A DNA stretch of 64,000 bases, from contig CM075989.1 in assembly GCA_038087875.1 (NCBI GenBank), forward strand, positions 14,014,001 through 14,078,000, read 5' to 3'. Shown here piece after piece: positions 62,522 through 64,000 of this stretch. The position numbers and the translations under genes are program-made. The notes under the pieces are model-generated. The model was not told the origin of the DNA and did not search any database. It saw only the letters and a list, made by a program, of their open reading frames with translations. How positions within the stretch are numbered: the stretch's first letter is position 1; every line of letters starts with the position of its first letter. The DNA comes from Malacoraja senta. Lineage: Eukaryota.

Positions 62522-62687
62522 ATCTTTACAGATCAGGAGGAAGTGCAAAGCCTTTGGTCACAACTTCGGGAAGACAAACCACATTTGATCAACAATCTTG
62601 AAGCATTTTGAGCTCTATCGTATGACCAAGGGTCTAGAGAGAGAGAAGCTGAACATTTTGAAACAGATGGAGCTCTTGAAAGAGATT
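62522..62687 (+). pseudogene. Captured CRACR2A/CRACR2B/RAB44-family fragments
   Basis: [29 protein letters not shown] (too short for the ORF track), then [25 protein letters not shown]. These resemble recalled CRACR2A [23 protein letters not shown] and [25 protein letters not shown]. Confidence 0.75.
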
Positions 62688-63375
62688 ATGCATAACCCTA
62701 TCCAGGAAGACAATGACTCTGACCTGGTGGGTAATCAGTGTGATGACAATCAGGACATTGATGAGGATGGCAATGATGGCGTTTCTGATGAGAAGGACAA
62801 TTGCCGTTTTGTTCCCAACCCTGACCAGATCGATGCCGATGGTGACAGCAGAGGAGACAACTGCAAAGACGACTTTGACAACAACATCCCAGATATCTAT
62901 GACATGTGCCCCGAGAACAGTGCCATCAGTGAGGCTGACCTGAGGAAGTTCCAAAGGGGACGATGCAGATTGTTCCTAAGTGGGTAGTGCACAACAAGGG
63001 CAGGTAGTGCACAACAATGTTACCTTCTACGTCAACAGAGACCACAATCTATGCTGGCTTTGTCTTTGGCTTGCAGTCCAGCAGCCGCTTCTACGTGGTG
63101 ATGTGGAAGCAGGCCATCCAAACCTACTGGGAGGAGAAGCTGTCCAAACCCATGGATACGCTAGCGTCTAGACCAAGGTGATGAACCCCACCACAGGATA
63201 AGAGGGGGGAGCACCTCACCTGTGCAACGATCTACGAAGAGACTGGCAACACCCTCGGACAGGTGCGAACTTTATGGCACAACCCCAATATCGGCTGAAA
63301 GGATTACACCGCCTACAGGTGGCACCTGATCCATTGACCCTAAACAAGCTTCATCAGGATGGTTGTCAATGGTTG
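62688..63375 (+). pseudogene. THBS2: Captured thrombospondin (subgroup A, THBS2-like) type-3 repeats and C-terminal lectin domain, internally deleted
   Basis: [87 protein letters not shown], then [55 protein letters not shown] with stops and frameshifts. Intronless. Confidence 0.9.
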
Positions 63376-63399
63376 TCAATGAAGAGAGTGAGAACTGGT

Positions 63400-63557
63400 T
63401 GCCAGTTGGTTTGATGGACTTTGGGGTAGTATTGAACTGGTAGCCATACCTTTTGTTTGATGGACTTTGGGGTACTGTGATATATTATGGCTCTATCATT
63501 CTGCTAATCATTGCTCTAATACTTGCGACCATTGTGTATACCTACCGAGGACTGTGA
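63400..63557 (+). pseudogene. env: env transmembrane-anchor remnant
   Basis: ASWFDGLWG, and after a 20-bp duplication (GTTTGATGGACTTTGGGGTA twice) FDGLWGTVIYYGSIILLIIALILATIVYTYRGL*. This is a Trp-containing membrane-proximal stretch plus a hydrophobic anchor directly before the PPT. Confidence 0.7.
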
Positions 63558-63574
63558 ATGTTATCACATTTGAT

Positions 63575-63587
63575 AAAAAGCAGGGAA
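63575..63587 (+). promoter_or_regulatory. Polypurine tract
   Basis: AAAAAGCAGGGAA immediately before TGAAAGA of the 3' LTR (MLV-like junction). Confidence 0.85.
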
Positions 63588-64000
63588 TGAAAGAGCTAAT
63601 AGTCAAATCTAAATTGGAGTCATTCTTCTACAAAAGCATGGCCTAGAAAAACAAAAGAATGACATTGTAAATTATATGGAACACAATATGGAGGACAGAT
63701 TGTCTTTTCAATAAAGACATTAAGATGGTAGCCTGCGTAATAACATGTGCTTCTTTTCAAGGCCATAAAGATGCCAAGATTGAAAAAAATAGCTGATGCT
63801 CCAGAGATAAGTAATAACTTGTTATTGGATGAGCTTGATTTGGACCCAGCTTTCTTATATTCTGAAAGGCTGCAGAATATTTCAGTCATGCCATATTCAG
63901 ACTTGGTAGGAGTGTTATACTGATAAGAAAAATGTATAATTATGCTAATTGTCCTTTGTTCTGTGAGTGGGAGCCCGAGAAGCACTGAGCAACGTTTGTG
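63588..64000 (+). repeat. 3' LTR (runs off the window end)
   Basis: Direct repeat of 57575-58030 with a 21-bp deletion and a 3-bp insertion. Confidence 0.92.

Larger units (their letters stand above)
57575..64000 (+). mobile_element. Defective class-I-like (gamma/epsilon-like) endogenous retrovirus carrying captured host mRNA fragments
   Basis: Direct LTRs starting TGAAAGAGC at 57575 and 63588, PBS, PPT, and gag, integrase and env remnants in proviral order. Intronless ZNF276, THBS2-like and CRACR2-family fragments lie between the env signal peptide and TM anchor. Confidence 0.88.

Noticed and set aside
60672..63375. Functional ZNF276, THBS2 or CRACR2 genes
   Set aside because: Fragmentary, permuted, intronless, with stops and frameshifts, and enclosed by LTRs.

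Overview
Vertebrate genomic DNA, most likely from a cartilaginous fish (skate/ray-like). This is inferred from the repeat content: CR1/HER1-type LINEs, tRNA-derived V-SINE-like SINEs, Penelope-like and Rex1/Babar fragments. The host gene is on the + strand: the 5' part of a divergent Munc13/UNC13 (UNC13A/B-type) gene, with a CCAAT/GC-box promoter near 11.4 kb and six (probably seven) small coding exons over 11,480-52,387 that encode the C2A domain. The introns hold many retroelements, a Tc1-like deletion derivative and a 1.24-kb two-LTR gypsy mini-element with an inverted RT fragment; a non-autonomous Helitron lies upstream of the gene. The standout feature is at 57,575 to beyond 64,000: a defective class-I-like endogenous retrovirus (LTR, PBS-Ser, gag remnant, integrase remnant, env signal peptide ... 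env transmembrane anchor, PPT, LTR). Its env ectodomain is replaced by a scrambled, intronless, sense-oriented mosaic of at least three cellular mRNAs (ZNF276, thrombospondin-2-like, CRACR2A/B/RAB44-family). One pair of reciprocal junctions shares an 11-nt microhomology. All homology calls come from my recollection of protein families and by-eye translation; no searches were run. Repeat boundaries are approximate unless termini are quoted.
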